NCBI GenBank assembly: GCA_951406725.2
Contig: OX597820.1
Span: 41,602,001-41,666,000 of the forward strand
Origin: Octopus vulgaris
Taxonomy: Eukaryota
Length of the DNA: 64,000 nt
Direction of reading: 5' to 3'
In this document: positions 42,313-55,285 of the stretch, one piece after another
Position numbering within the stretch: the stretch's first letter is position 1
Layout: each line of letters begins with the position of its first letter
Made by a program: the position numbers and the translations under genes
The notes under the pieces: generated by a model
What the model saw: only the letters and a program-made list of their open reading frames with translations
Told to the model about the DNA's origin: nothing
The model's database searches: none

Positions 42313-43205
42313 ACCTTTTATCGTGTGAGAGAGATAGAAACAGACAGAGATTTAGAGAGATAGAGAGTGTGAAAGACAGGCAAAGAAAGTGAAAGAGACC
42401 GAAAGAGAGACAAATAGCGAGTTAAAGACAGAGAGATGGAAGAAATAGACTATGCAAGAATGAAGTGGAAATAGGAACTACATAGAGAGATGTCGAATTT
42501 GCAGTCTCTTTGTTTTCTTGTTGCCTGTCCGTCTTTCAATATTCGTTCTAATCAGAGAAAAAACCGGAATCCCCCGGGACTCGTGCGTCTGATTTAGAAC
42601 CTTTGATTGGAGGCAAATAAAAGCAAAGTAGTACGAATCTTTGAACAGGACTACTATTCATAGCATGAGGTAGCTTGTTTCTCTCGCTAGGATGCCGAAC
42701 CTTTGCCAAAGATTTTCAAACGAGTCTTCCTTTGCTTCTTTCAAATATTTGCTTCAAGCATGCGTGAGTAAACTCATGTATAGAGACACATACACGCGTA
42801 TATTTCGACATAAACTTTCGTTCATGTATACGCACATACATACACTTATACACATGTTCACATATACTTGTGCAAATAATATATTGATGAACAGAGAGAT
42901 ATAGATACTTGTGAATACAAACATACACTTGTATACACATACCTCAGCTCCTGTACACTTAGCGACAGAGCACTGCTTGGCATTGTACCATAGTGGGACA
43001 TTTATCTACCTTTCTATTTATCGATCCTTATCTATATGTACATATATCATTATTTCAATATCGTTCGTCTTCAATAGGAAACTTTGCGCATATACACGTA
43101 TGTATATGTATGCATATATACGTACATGCATACATACATACACACGTACATGTACATGTATATATATATACATATATATATATATACACACATATTTATA
43201 TATAG

Positions 43206-43237
<32 letters not shown>

Positions 43238-43269
43238 GTGTATAAATATACACACGCACACATATATAC

Positions 43270-43326
<57 letters not shown>

Positions 43327-43650
43327 TAGAGAGAGAGATAGGAAGATAGATAGATAGATATGTATAAATTTAGGCATATATATTTGCATATACGTGGATA
43401 TGTGCGTATATACGGATATGAATATATGGATTAGTATATTTAGAGGCCAATCAAATGACAGGAATATATTACATGTCTATGTATGTTTCTATGTAAGTAT
43501 GCACGTACATTTGTGTATACATTTGATTACTTATAGATGTTTCAGCAAAAAATATAATCATACTGATGCATTACGTTTGCTCACAGAATACATATTATAT
43601 ACATTCACATGCTTACATACATATACAAAACATGCATACATACATATGTA

Positions 43651-43730
<80 letters not shown>
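43651..43730. repeat. Self-complementary (TC)n(TA)n(GA)n compound microsatellite
   Basis: Direct reading. Confidence 0.93.
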
Positions 43731-43736
<6 letters not shown>

Positions 43737-44052
43737 TTATATACATACATATATACACATATATCCATATACGCACCTTACGTATATATTCACAGACATA
43801 CATACATCATTTATTGGTCTTACTAATTGGATTGTATCCATGCTAGGTTGTTTTATCGTAATTTTTATTTTCCATTTCGGTCATTTATATGGAACCAGCA
43901 TCTTACCTGCTACCTTAATTTATGAAACCCGAAAGATAAATTGTAAATCGTGATTATTGCCTGAAGGGAGGTAACTTAGTCAGCCAAAGATATTTATTCA
44001 TATTCACAGCAAAGGTTTGCTCACTCCCAAGTTCGATAAAACGGAAGGCACA

Positions 44053-44119
<67 letters not shown>

Positions 44120-44147
44120 ATGTGTGCATCTGTGAGTGTGTATATGT

Positions 44148-44184
<37 letters not shown>

Positions 44185-45752
44185 GTGTATTGGCAAATTG
44201 GCAAAATCGGTAAGGCATCTTAAAATGTATTCTGCAGTATATATTCAATCTACCAATTCCCTGATTTCTAATCTTGCTGAGAGTTTCATTTCCATTGTCA
44301 CTTACGAGTTGATCAGAACAATTAATAACTGTAAAGTTAAAACATATACCCTATGCAGTGGAAAATATTTCCAGTATAGAACTTGATATGTTGGGTATAA
44401 TGCACTTATGAACAACTGAGCCCAAATTCGATTAGACTGAAAAATTTTTACAAACTAAATCAAACCTCAAGATTGTGTACTTCAACAGACATGGTCACAA
44501 GCAATTTCGCAAATGTTTCACGAATCAAATTTTCTTGGATTATATATATATATATATATACCAAGCGGCACATCTGTGGGTAACAGAGCAGGAGGAAGAA
44601 TGAAAATCAGCTGAAGCAAGAAAGTTACTTAGAGCATAAAAATGAAAAGAAAAGAAGAGCAAAAGCAAATGGGAGATAGAGCATATCAATAATGAAGCAT
44701 AATATGCATACATATGATACTAATCATAAAGCAATGGTTGTAGGGGAAAACCATATTCAATATCACAGAGGTGAGCTGTGATATAATGATAAATTTTAGA
44801 TAGATTTTGAAGAGAAACGTCGGTCGAATTGCCTTTCTGTGCAAATGATAGGCAAACCCAGCACAACCTCGTTATGGTGAGATTGCGATGAAACTTGAAT
44901 TACAAAATGAATTAGATTTTTTTCTTTTATTCAATTTCTGAAAATGTTCTGGTATTTTAGATCCGTGTTGTTCTCTGTTTATATGTGGGAAGTGACGTAT
45001 GCGAGGTATTTTTCAGAGCCGTAGGTTATTTGCACGCCATTGTATTTTTTTCAAGAGAATACCATATTTCATGATGTAATTTCTGGAAAGTTAAGAATGA
45101 AATCAGTTAAGCCACCAAGTCCCTCTATATTTCATGAGTGAGGACTCTTAACGCAAAATTTGATAAATCAATTGCTGGTTTTTATCGCTGAGTGATAGAA
45201 TTCTTCACAAAACAATGCAACTAGGTGAAAGTTTTAATTTAAACATGAATTAATGAAAGTATATAAAAGTATGTAAAAGAAAAAAGTTATCGAAAGGATA
45301 AAAGAGAAGGACATGCTTATTTGTTAACATGTACACGTACACATACATGTACAGATATACAAAAAGAAAGATATATATAAAAAAAAAACGGGAGAAAAAG
45401 AGAGTAAGAAAAAAAGGTAGTGTTATGAGTATAAGATGGGGAAGGTGAGAGATAGAGAAAGTGAGAGAGAGAGAGAGAAAGAGATAGACAGAGACACAGA
45501 GAGTGAGTGAGAGACAGGAAAATTATGTCAGTGTGAAGAATAATAAAATAATGTTGAGTAATTAAGTGATTAATAAGAAAGTGTGATAAAATACGTGTTT
45601 ATAAGGGTGCATATTTTTCAGGAATTCAATAATCTATTATTTCACACACAAAAACATTTATTAAGGAAAATTTCCTGTCATACACACACGTATGCGTTCG
45701 TATGCTATGTGCGGGTATACATACACGCATATGTACATCACACATGCGCAAA

Positions 45753-45784
<32 letters not shown>

Positions 45785-46914
45785 TATGTATGTATCTGTA
45801 CGTGTATATAAGTATATATATAAGTGTGATAATATACATGTGTGTATGTATATGTATATCTAATTATCTAATTACATATCTAAATACATATAAATGTGCA
45901 TATATTATATATATAAATATATGTATGTGTGTATATAGACACAAACACACATATACACATGCACACATACATGCACTTATACGTACATATAGGTATGTAT
46001 ATATACATGCATATATGCATATATGTGTATGCGTGTATGCATACAGAAAGAGAAGGAGATAAATGACTATAGCGTTATATACATAGACATATATGTGTAT
46101 ACATGTTTTCATGCATACATATGTACAAGTAACCTCCTCCCACCCGCACATATTTGTATATACGTAAGTATATATGCATTCATAGCAACATATACTGAGA
46201 TAGATATACCCAACAGAGTATACATACATGTATATATATATGTATATATATGTATGTGTGTGTGTCATTGTTGAATACATGGAATTTAGAAGCAAAAATG
46301 CATGTGTATGAGTGTGTGTGTGCGTGCGCGCGCGTGTATGTGTGTGTGTGTGTGTGTGTGTTTGTGTGTGAGTGTGTAAAAATCAATGGTTTCTTTCAAA
46401 AGGTTACGTAGGAAATATCGATCAACTTGGTATATATGTCGCCTGCATATTGTATGGATGAAAGGGTTTCTGCAAGAACGAAATGTAATGAGACTCACTA
46501 TATTTGGGGTGGAAACCCGGGTATTAAAGCGTATTCTTCATAGCTAATTTTATTATGGGTTGGCATTGCTTTTACTGACATCGTATGATAGAGAAGCATT
46601 TGATGTTATGCTTAACGCTATATTTCTGATTAGGTGCATATACATACACACACACAGACACATTCACACACACACTTATATATATATATAGGTCCTTATA
46701 AGGTTATATATACTTTGCTGCATTTTTTCTGTTGAAGTCTAGCTATTTATTCAAATGTGAATACGTTGTTGCTAATGTGGATTTTTTGTGTGTATCTTTT
46801 AAATGGTAACAAAATTTTGCGTACAAAAGTACTGGTAACCGGATACATTCTGCACATATGTACGTGGTTACATTTGCAAAATCTCTAATTCCATATGCGT
46901 ATGCTTGAGTGCAT

Positions 46915-47230
46915 ATACCTACAATACCTATATACCCACCACACATACATACCCACCATACATACATACCCACATACATACCCACATACATACCCACATA
47001 CATACCCACATACATACAACACACACATACATACACACACATACATACCCACATACATACATACCCACATACATACCCACATACATACATACACACACAT
47101 ACATACCCACATACATACATACACACACATACATACATACACACACACATACATACACACATACATACACACACATATACACACACGTACATACACATAC
47201 GTACATACACACACATACATACACACACAC
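46915..47230. repeat. (CATA)n/(CCCACATACATA)n degenerate array
   Basis: Direct reading. Confidence 0.9.
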
Positions 47231-47344
47231 AGATCATAAATGATGATGGTTAATACATGCTTTCCTTCAAAACCTTGCTACCAAGTATCCGTTAAAAATT
47301 TACTCTAAAATTCAAAGAGAAACAGAACATATACATACATACGG

Positions 47345-47390
<46 letters not shown>

Positions 47391-47475
47391 AGAGTTATCC
47401 ACTATGTGGATAACTCTAGTGCATACGGATTTTATTTCCCGTAGTTTTTTGTGCTAAGCCACATAACGGTATTAT

Positions 47476-47524
<49 letters not shown>

Positions 47525-48234
47525 GTACGTACAGACATACATATATATCATTTGTCTTTTCCAGCCCGATAATGGTTTCGCTGGCTGAAACTTCGAAGTT
47601 AGTATCAATACTATTTTTTCTTATAGCATAATAAATCCGTTCTGTACAAATGGATGGAACAACCCTTCAGATTAATGTAAAGCTGTTTCTTATGATAACT
47701 AAACATGACGACAAACATCAATACACACACACACACACGCACACACACACACACACACGCACGCACACATTACATAGATAGATAATGTTTATTTATTTAT
47801 GCATATGTATGCGATTGCATTTCTTTATACATGTATGTACGCACAGTCATTATTTTTTACTGTTACCTCCTTCGTTTACATTATATAGAATGCTTATATG
47901 TATCGAATCCGAAACGCTTGATTGGAATATCGTTGCGCCTACCAAAAATATTGATATTTAAACAAAGTCTGAACATGTTATTTGTTTCAGAGATAAAGAA
48001 AAATGAGAGCAATATAATCGAATCTAACATTATAGTAGTATTACGATCGTTTATCGACTCCTAAATAACGAAATGCAAAATGGACGACGATGAGATTTGA
48101 ACTTGGAGAGCAGAGAATAAGTAGGAATATCCAAATCGTTATTTTCGTGTGTGGAAGGTGAGAGGGAGAGAGAGAGAGTATGGGAGAGGAGAGAATGAGG
48201 AAGAGTGAGAGAGATTGAAAGAGAGAAGGAGAGT

Positions 48235-48268
<34 letters not shown>

Positions 48269-50042
48269 GAGAAATAGATTTAAGAACTGAACCTTATATC
48301 CATGACAGCCTCGTTGTGCATTCGTAAAAGATAGAAGAGTTTCTTTTCTACAAGGATGCTGTTGATTTTCAGACACTCATATTTATTGTATATATATTCT
48401 TTGAAGAATCTTAGCTCATTAATAAATTAATTAGTCTGTAAACATCATAGAAAAAAATTTACATCTAAATTGACACATCGTTGAAAGTTAAGAATACTTA
48501 TAAACGAAAAATGAAACGGAGAAATAAATAAATGAAAGAGTTTAATGAAATATTAAGAAAAAAAATTAATAAATAAATAAATCATTTGAGGAAATCGTGT
48601 GAAAAATAAACACTAAATCTTTAACATTTGTAAATCCTTTGAACAGAGAATAAAATTTTAATATGAATACACGTACACTATCCTTTTCATACAAATAGTC
48701 TCACATAGTAAAGATTACATATATATCTGTACGCGTGTGCATGAGTGTGCATGAGTGAGTCTTTTATTTCTTAAAATCAGTACACACACACATACACACA
48801 TATATATATAATTGTGTATTAAGCACATACAAACATACACACACGCACACATACACGCACATATATTTATATTTGTGTATTACGTACATAAACAAACACA
48901 CACACACAGAGAAGCATACACAGATGCGCACTTAAATAGATTTGCACATTAAGTGATGCACACACATTCTACAACTATTACGAATTACATCGTTTAAGGT
49001 TTTAACTTTGATCGTGACTTAAGATATTTCTCACTCACTCTGCTTGTTTAATCTAAACAGGCAGCGCTCACCATTGGAAGATGCACGAGATTTGCATGAA
49101 AAAAAATATGCACTCTTTCGTGTGCGTATATTAGTAAATTCGAATCGTACAATAGACATGACCAGTAATACACATGTTTATGCTAAGGCTGTTCTCGCAT
49201 CGTCAAGATATTCCCTACCAATGAATTCACAACATATCTCTCAATTCATCTTTTAATGAATTCTCTCAATTCCTCAGTTTCCACCCCACCTCATCCTTTC
49301 ATTATATTCTATTCCTCGTTGTAATTAATTTCTCGCATTTTTTTCGATTTGTTTTCTTAGTTATCCCGATTCTATCATTGTTCTATGACTGAATCATCGA
49401 AGCAGTCTTTCTAATTACACGAACTCCAATACTATGTCAGTGTATGAGTTGATCGCTAGTTTACTAAGATATATAATACCATGTCAGTTTCTAGATATAA
49501 ATTCACGAAATTTTGTTTGAGAACAATACAGTTATTGCAATTAGATACTGTAGTTACACTGGATCATCAAGTTTTAGTGTCTTACGACACAGCTTAGAAA
49601 TAACTTTGAAATATTCATTTAAGATTAAATATATTCACGATAATGGCTACCATCCGCAAATTTTACATCTCACCTCTTCATTTATTTAAACAGGATCTTG
49701 CTTGGAGTTCAGGAAATAACAAAAGCAAGTAATGTGATATTAGAAAAGTAGTTTACAGAAATAATTTCACTTGTCTGTATTCATAAGAATTTTCTATTAA
49801 GAATTGTGATTATCAAGGTAGAATTTCTCAGTCATATTTTCATTACAGTGATTCCATTTCTGTTACAGCATTAATTCCTTTGAAATAACGATGAATTCGA
49901 AACAATTTCTGTAAAACTTTATTGCTATTTTTTCTATCCACTATTTTGTTATTTTCTTCTTCTGAAAGTAAACATAAAGTGTTTCGTTCATTCTTAAACT
50001 CAATGAACCCACGACCTTATTTTCTTAATCAATGGATCTTTA

Positions 50043-50936
50043 CGAGGTGTTCACAAAAGGTTCCCGGACTAGTTCTGTAGCCTGCCAACAGATTGCAGCA
50101 CACGGCTGCGTGCGCAGTGAGAGTTGGCAGTGGCCTTCATGGCGTAGTGTGCCGAGTGACAACGCTGAGTTTACTTCGTAAGTTGTGAGATTTGTGTTGT
50201 TGTGATCATGTGTATGATATTGTTTGCGATTTTGTCATGGACAAGAACAAAGTGCCAACTTGAAATTTTACGTTGAACTTGGGAAGTCTGCTACAGAGAC
50301 GTTGAGCATGCTTCGGCAAGCTTACGGCGACGAGGCAATGGGTCGTGCTCAATGTTTCAAGCGGCATGGGCGCTTCAAAAGCGGAAGAGCGTCTCTGGAA
50401 TACCTGTCACGAGCATCGCCACCAAAAATGTGGTATTGTGCATGGTGAATTCGCCCCCTCCCTCCAGGGCCAGACCGTCAATCGAAAATTCTACTGCGAC
50501 ATTTCGAAGCGTTTGAGAGGGACATTCAGCGAAAGAGACTGGATCTGTGGAACACAAAGGATTGGATTCTTCACGACGACAATACACCCTTTCACCGAGC
50601 TCACCTTACTCGTGAGTTTCTCGCCCAAAACAACGTGGTATTGCTTCCACACCCGTTCTATTCGCCAGATTTAGCACCTGCGGACTTCCATCTATTCCAC
50701 AGGATAAAGATGCAACTCAAAGATCGCCGTTTTAACGCCCTTGTCGAGATCCAGAGCGAATCGCAGAAGCTATTCGTTTCGCTTGCAGTAAACAATTTCC
50801 ACGTCGGAATTCCTAAAGTAACAGGAACGCCGAAACCGGTGTATCGCTGCGCAAGATGTGTATTTAGAAATATGATGGCAAATAAGTTATTTTTTGTTAA
50901 CCATAACAATTCCTGGAACGTTTCGATACCACCTCG
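50043..50936 (+). mobile_element. mariner transposon, internally deleted (irritans/Hsmar2-like CGAGG TIRs)
   Basis: TA-CGAGGTGTTCACAAAAGGTTCC at the left and GGAACGTTTCGATACCACCTCG-TA at the right. Protein pieces EQSANLKFYVELGKSATETLSMLRQAYGDEAMGRAQCF..HGRFKSGR jump to GIVHGEF..GQTVN..FY, WILHDDN and LLPHPFYSPDLAPADFHLF. Confidence 0.92.
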
Positions 50937-51760
50937 TATTTGAAGGATATTCAGCTGCCATATTCTGCAGATCGAGTGACCAAGTATAGGTTCTTTCTTC
51001 AGTTCATCTCCATTCATTACTTGGTCGGCGTAGGCTAACCCAGGGATGTAAATCATTGGTACGTCAACCCCATGGATTAGATTTAATCACAAATTTTTAC
51101 CAGCTAACCTCAATTAATTGAAAACACTTAATTGCCGCGCAAAGAATAAACTTCCACGAATCGATTTCATTTATTCCACTGGCGTTCCAGTAATAGTTAT
51201 TCTTAGGTGTTTAGGAAGTGTGCGTGCATATGTATTTTGAGAAAAAATACCTGATGTATGTTGGGTCAGGGTCAACGCACTCTTTCGTTCTGTGGGGTCG
51301 ATAAAGAAAACATGAGTAATATGATGAAAAGAACTGACAAATGTATCAAAGGGAAACAGTGTCATACGAATCTATCTCTAGGGGGCAAAAACTCATGATA
51401 GCAACTTCATATCAACTCAATGTAAATTTCCAGTCGATAAAACTATGAATCATACTTACTTCTTTTACTGTAGTTTTAACATAATCATAAATGTATTGTT
51501 ATAATATGGTGCAATCATATAACTATCATTATCAGACAAACATACATATGCTTGTGCGACTATATACTCATACATATCTATAAACTTACACATGCATACG
51601 CGCACATTCATGCACAAACAAGATGCTTCCATATACAATTTTGGGTGTTTTATTTGTGAGAGCTATTGATAGACATAGATTGATGGATGTATATGTTCAC
51701 TCCTCCCATTAAATCAGTTTTATACGCATAAGTATCTTGTGCAAGCATGTATGAATGTAC

Positions 51761-51840
<80 letters not shown>

Positions 51841-52508
51841 CTCTCTATATATATATATATAACGTATAAATGTATATGTATGCATATATTTATATATATT
51901 AAATTATATATGCATATATACACACACACATATGTGTGTGTTATATATTAGATTATACATTTATTACATTTATATATATTAAATACATAAGCATATGCAA
52001 ACAGGTATATACAGTTATGTGTATATTTAGATATATGGATACATGCATATGTGTATTCGCGCGGACATGTATGCACACACACACACACACGTACACAGAA
52101 ATAGATAGCGAAAGACATTTCTATACATTCAGAACCAACTACTATTAGAAAACAAAGAAAAAATAGCGAAGATATTAGTTGTGAACCAAACAAATTGAAG
52201 AACAGTTAGGAAAAATTAAGTTTAATATTGATTAATAGTGACCCATGAAAAAAGATCAAACTTTACCCCTCTTGTACAATCGAATCTCTGATGTTTTGAA
52301 GGTGAAAAAAAGTAAAGGAAATATAAATAAATAAATAAGAGAATGTATAAAAGGGCACGAGGTCTATACAAAACATGCGAGTAACTAATATTTCAACAGT
52401 CATAGTGGAATTATTTCTGCAAATGCATGAGGAAAATTCCTGCAGGAAAGGAAAATGGATACTTTTTATTTAGTAGCTCTTTCGTTGTCTCATTCCATAT
52501 ATATATGG

Positions 52509-52796
52509 AATGGCCTAGTGGTTAGGGCAGTGGACTCGCGGTCATAATATCGCGGTTTCAATCCCCAGACTGGGCGTTGTATGTGTTTATTGAGCGAAAA
52601 CACTTAAAAGCTCATCGAGGCTCCGGCAGGGGGTGGTGATCTCTGCTGTACTCTTTCACCACTCTTTCTCTCACTCTTTCTTCTGTTGGCCTACTCGCTT
52701 AGCCAGCGGGGTGGCGTCATTCGAAGGCTAAAACAATGCGAACGCATTGTGACCAGCGATGTGTAGCAACATCTGATAGCCTGGTCGGTCACGTGA
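52509..52796 (+). mobile_element. tRNA-derived SINE, same head and body as 30645 but tail type B
   Basis: A box TGGCCTAGTGG and B-box-like GGTTTCAATCCC; aligns by eye with 30654-30835 up to CTGTT at 52687, then an unrelated ~110-bp tail ending at (TA)n. Confidence 0.85.
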
Positions 52797-52811
52797 TATA
52801 TATATATATAT

Positions 52812-54178
52812 ATTCATTTTTATCCGAGGGGAGGCAATGTGAGCAACAACCACAGGAACATCAGAAAATCCACAGAATTACCAAACACATACAAATCTTC
52901 ATATACTCATTTATATCTATAAAGCCCGACATTTAAAAATTTAGTAATATATAAATATATCTTATAAAAATATAATTTTTGCATATAACACCTTGAATTT
53001 ACGCTTAAAACATTTAGTATAAATTTGTTACAATAAGAGAAATAAATATAATAATAATAAATAAAAATAAAGCATACAAGGCATATTAAAAGACGGATTA
53101 CAATTCTAGCGAAATGTACATAGAAGATAATAATTATACAAGTTTACAAAAATATAAGTTTAAAAAGATACACAGAAGTCCATCTAAGGGCCGTTTCGGA
53201 GACGCGCCAATTAATATTATTAGACATATCATATACCTAAAATTGGCACTCCCCTCATCAGGATGTCCTATACATACAACACATAGTAAACGTAAACAAA
53301 TAACACAATCATATACCGGCCATATTCAGAACCGAGACATTAGGTACTCCCAGAAATTTTTCTCTGATCCTGAATGCTACTTTATACGCATATAATTCGA
53401 CCCAGCAGCCATTGTAAATGGTATGCACGCAGCGCCATCTGGACCATTTTACTTCTTCACTTATTTTATTTCATTTTATTTTATTTCAAACTTTTAAATT
53501 CCCACATACGCGCAAAGCCACATATTCGGGTTCAAGTCCTTGACACATTTTATACTAATAGCTATTTTTTCTTTTAATAATTACATTACTTGAGTTTTAT
53601 TTCATTTACTACTTACTATGCTTACTAAATTTAATTCAATTTCTATTGCTTAGTTCTAACTTTTAATGCTATTTCTATTTCTAAATTTCTTATGGAACGT
53701 CAAGTGGATCCTATGCGTACACGCTGGTCAAGGATAGCCCATGATATTTAAAATTCAACATTCCTTTCCTTAAGGTCATTAACATGTAATGCCAAAGTTG
53801 TAGAGATCCTATATTTAGGATTGTTGAAGGAGCTCAGGTGGGATCGGTACCTCTGCTTAAAGTCTACTGTGCTTCCAGTATATATTTTCTCTGTTCTTTA
53901 CTTCTCTACCTTTAATTTTCACACAATAGATATTATACTCTATACATGGTTCGGTAAAATACATATTAAAAACCTAACTGGATTAATAAATATCACGCAT
54001 ACACTTCTTTATTAATCTGTATCTGTTAAATGCAATGTAGTTCATTACTTTTCATATCGTATTTTCTATTGTTATACTAACAATATGTAGATATATTTAG
54101 CCTATCTCCAGAAAATCGAAAACCCCAGATATCCTAGCCACTTCCGGTCCCAAGGTTGCCAAGTGTTTGGCTCAGTAC
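52812..54178 (-). mobile_element. Penelope-like element 3' portion (GIY-YIG endonuclease plus HHR-bearing 3' region); boundaries approximate
   Basis: Minus strand 53897-53721 reads RTEKIYTGSTVDFKQRYRSHLSSFNNPKYRISTTLALHVNDLKERNVEF*ISWAILDQR, matching the PLE EN pattern YxG.T..FK.RY..H..SF....Y..ST.L..H...LK......I.W.IL. An HHR motif lies downstream on the same strand and the flanks are TA-rich. Confidence 0.8.
53181..53265 (-). ncRNA. Type-I hammerhead ribozyme motif with long stem II (stem III mutated)
   Basis: Reverse complement CATC-CTGATGA-GGGGAGTGCCAATT-(28 nt)-AATTGGCGCGTCTCC-GAAAC-GGCCC-TTA-GATG has an intact CUGAUGA/GAAA core, a 14-bp stem II and a 4-bp stem I. Confidence 0.75.
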
Positions 54179-54189
54179 TACATATATAT

Positions 54190-54900
54190 TAATGATATTT
54201 ATATAAGCTTAAAACTTATGGCGATCAACGTGCAATGACTAAGGAAAATACAAGCCCATGACAGAAAAAAAAGGCTTTTCTATCCACATGGAACGCAAAA
54301 TCCCGCCCCTTTGTTAACGCGACTGTGTTACCTTTTTACCATTGAATTAGCCTCGCTGTTTCTATCAAATTTACAAACTATATTAGTTCATATTCGTTTT
54401 ATGGAAACAAACTTTCTATATGCTTTCGTTGCGAATGGTTTAAATATACGCCGCCGTGTTTTGCAATCCAGTAAATAATAGATGTATTTATATAAGCTTA
54501 GAGCCTATGGCGTTCACCGTACAATGACTAAAATAGTCTAACAAAGGGGCATATAAACCCATGACGGAAAAAAAGAAGGCTTTACTAACAAAAGGACGTG
54601 GGTTCGTGTTCCACGAGAACCTACGTCTTTTTGTTAATGCGACTGTGTTACCCTTACACCAGCGAATTCGCCTCGCGTTTTATTTTACAAATTTAAGAAC
54701 TATATTAGTTCGTAATTGTTTTATGTAAACAAACTTTCTATATGCATTCAGTGCGAATGGTTTTAATATGTGTCGCCGGGCTTTACAATCCTGTAAATAA
54801 TAATAAAGATTAAAGCTTATAGCGATCACCGTGCGATGGAAAATAGTTTAATAACGGGGCATATAAGCCCACGACAGAAAAAAGAAGGCTTTCCTATCGT
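54190..54900. repeat. ~290-330-bp tandem repeat, about 2.3 diverged copies
   Basis: Units start near 54193, 54481 and 54810. Shared blocks include TATTTATATAAGCTTA, CCCATGACRGAAAAAAA-GGCTTT, GCGACTGTGTTACC, AAACAAACTTTCTATATGC and GCGAATGGTTT. Confidence 0.9.
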
Positions 54901-54932
54901 ACTATATGTGTGTGTGTGTGTGTGCATGTATG

Positions 54933-54980
54933 AAGGCGGCGAGCTGGCAGACACGTTAACGCACCGGGCGAAATGCTTAT
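54933..54980 (+). mobile_element. 5' head fragment of the Nin/Deu-type SINE
   Basis: AAGGCGGCGAGCTGGCAGACACGTTAACGCACCGGGCGAAATGCTTA. Confidence 0.75.
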
Positions 54981-55208
54981 TGATTTTCCATTTCAGTGGT
55001 GCGATTTACTGATGTTTCTGTTCGCATATAATGGCAAAGAGAACAATACGATATACCAGTAAGACCAGATGGTGAACGACTGCATGCAATGATACATTCT
55101 GAAATAAACAGCTCCTAATTTGTGACAGACATTAATTTTTCAAAAATAATGTTAATATATACATACATACATATATGTGTGGGAGTGCGTGTGTGTATGT
55201 GTGTGTGT

Positions 55209-55285
<77 letters not shown>

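Noticed and set aside
42665-42685. let-7-like TGAGGTAG
   Set aside because: Only the 8-nt seed matches, with no mature-sequence match or precursor hairpin. No other conserved miRNA was recognised in the window.
47395-47413. DnaA-box-like TTATCCAC inverted pair
   Set aside because: Eukaryotic repeat context; treated simply as a hairpin.
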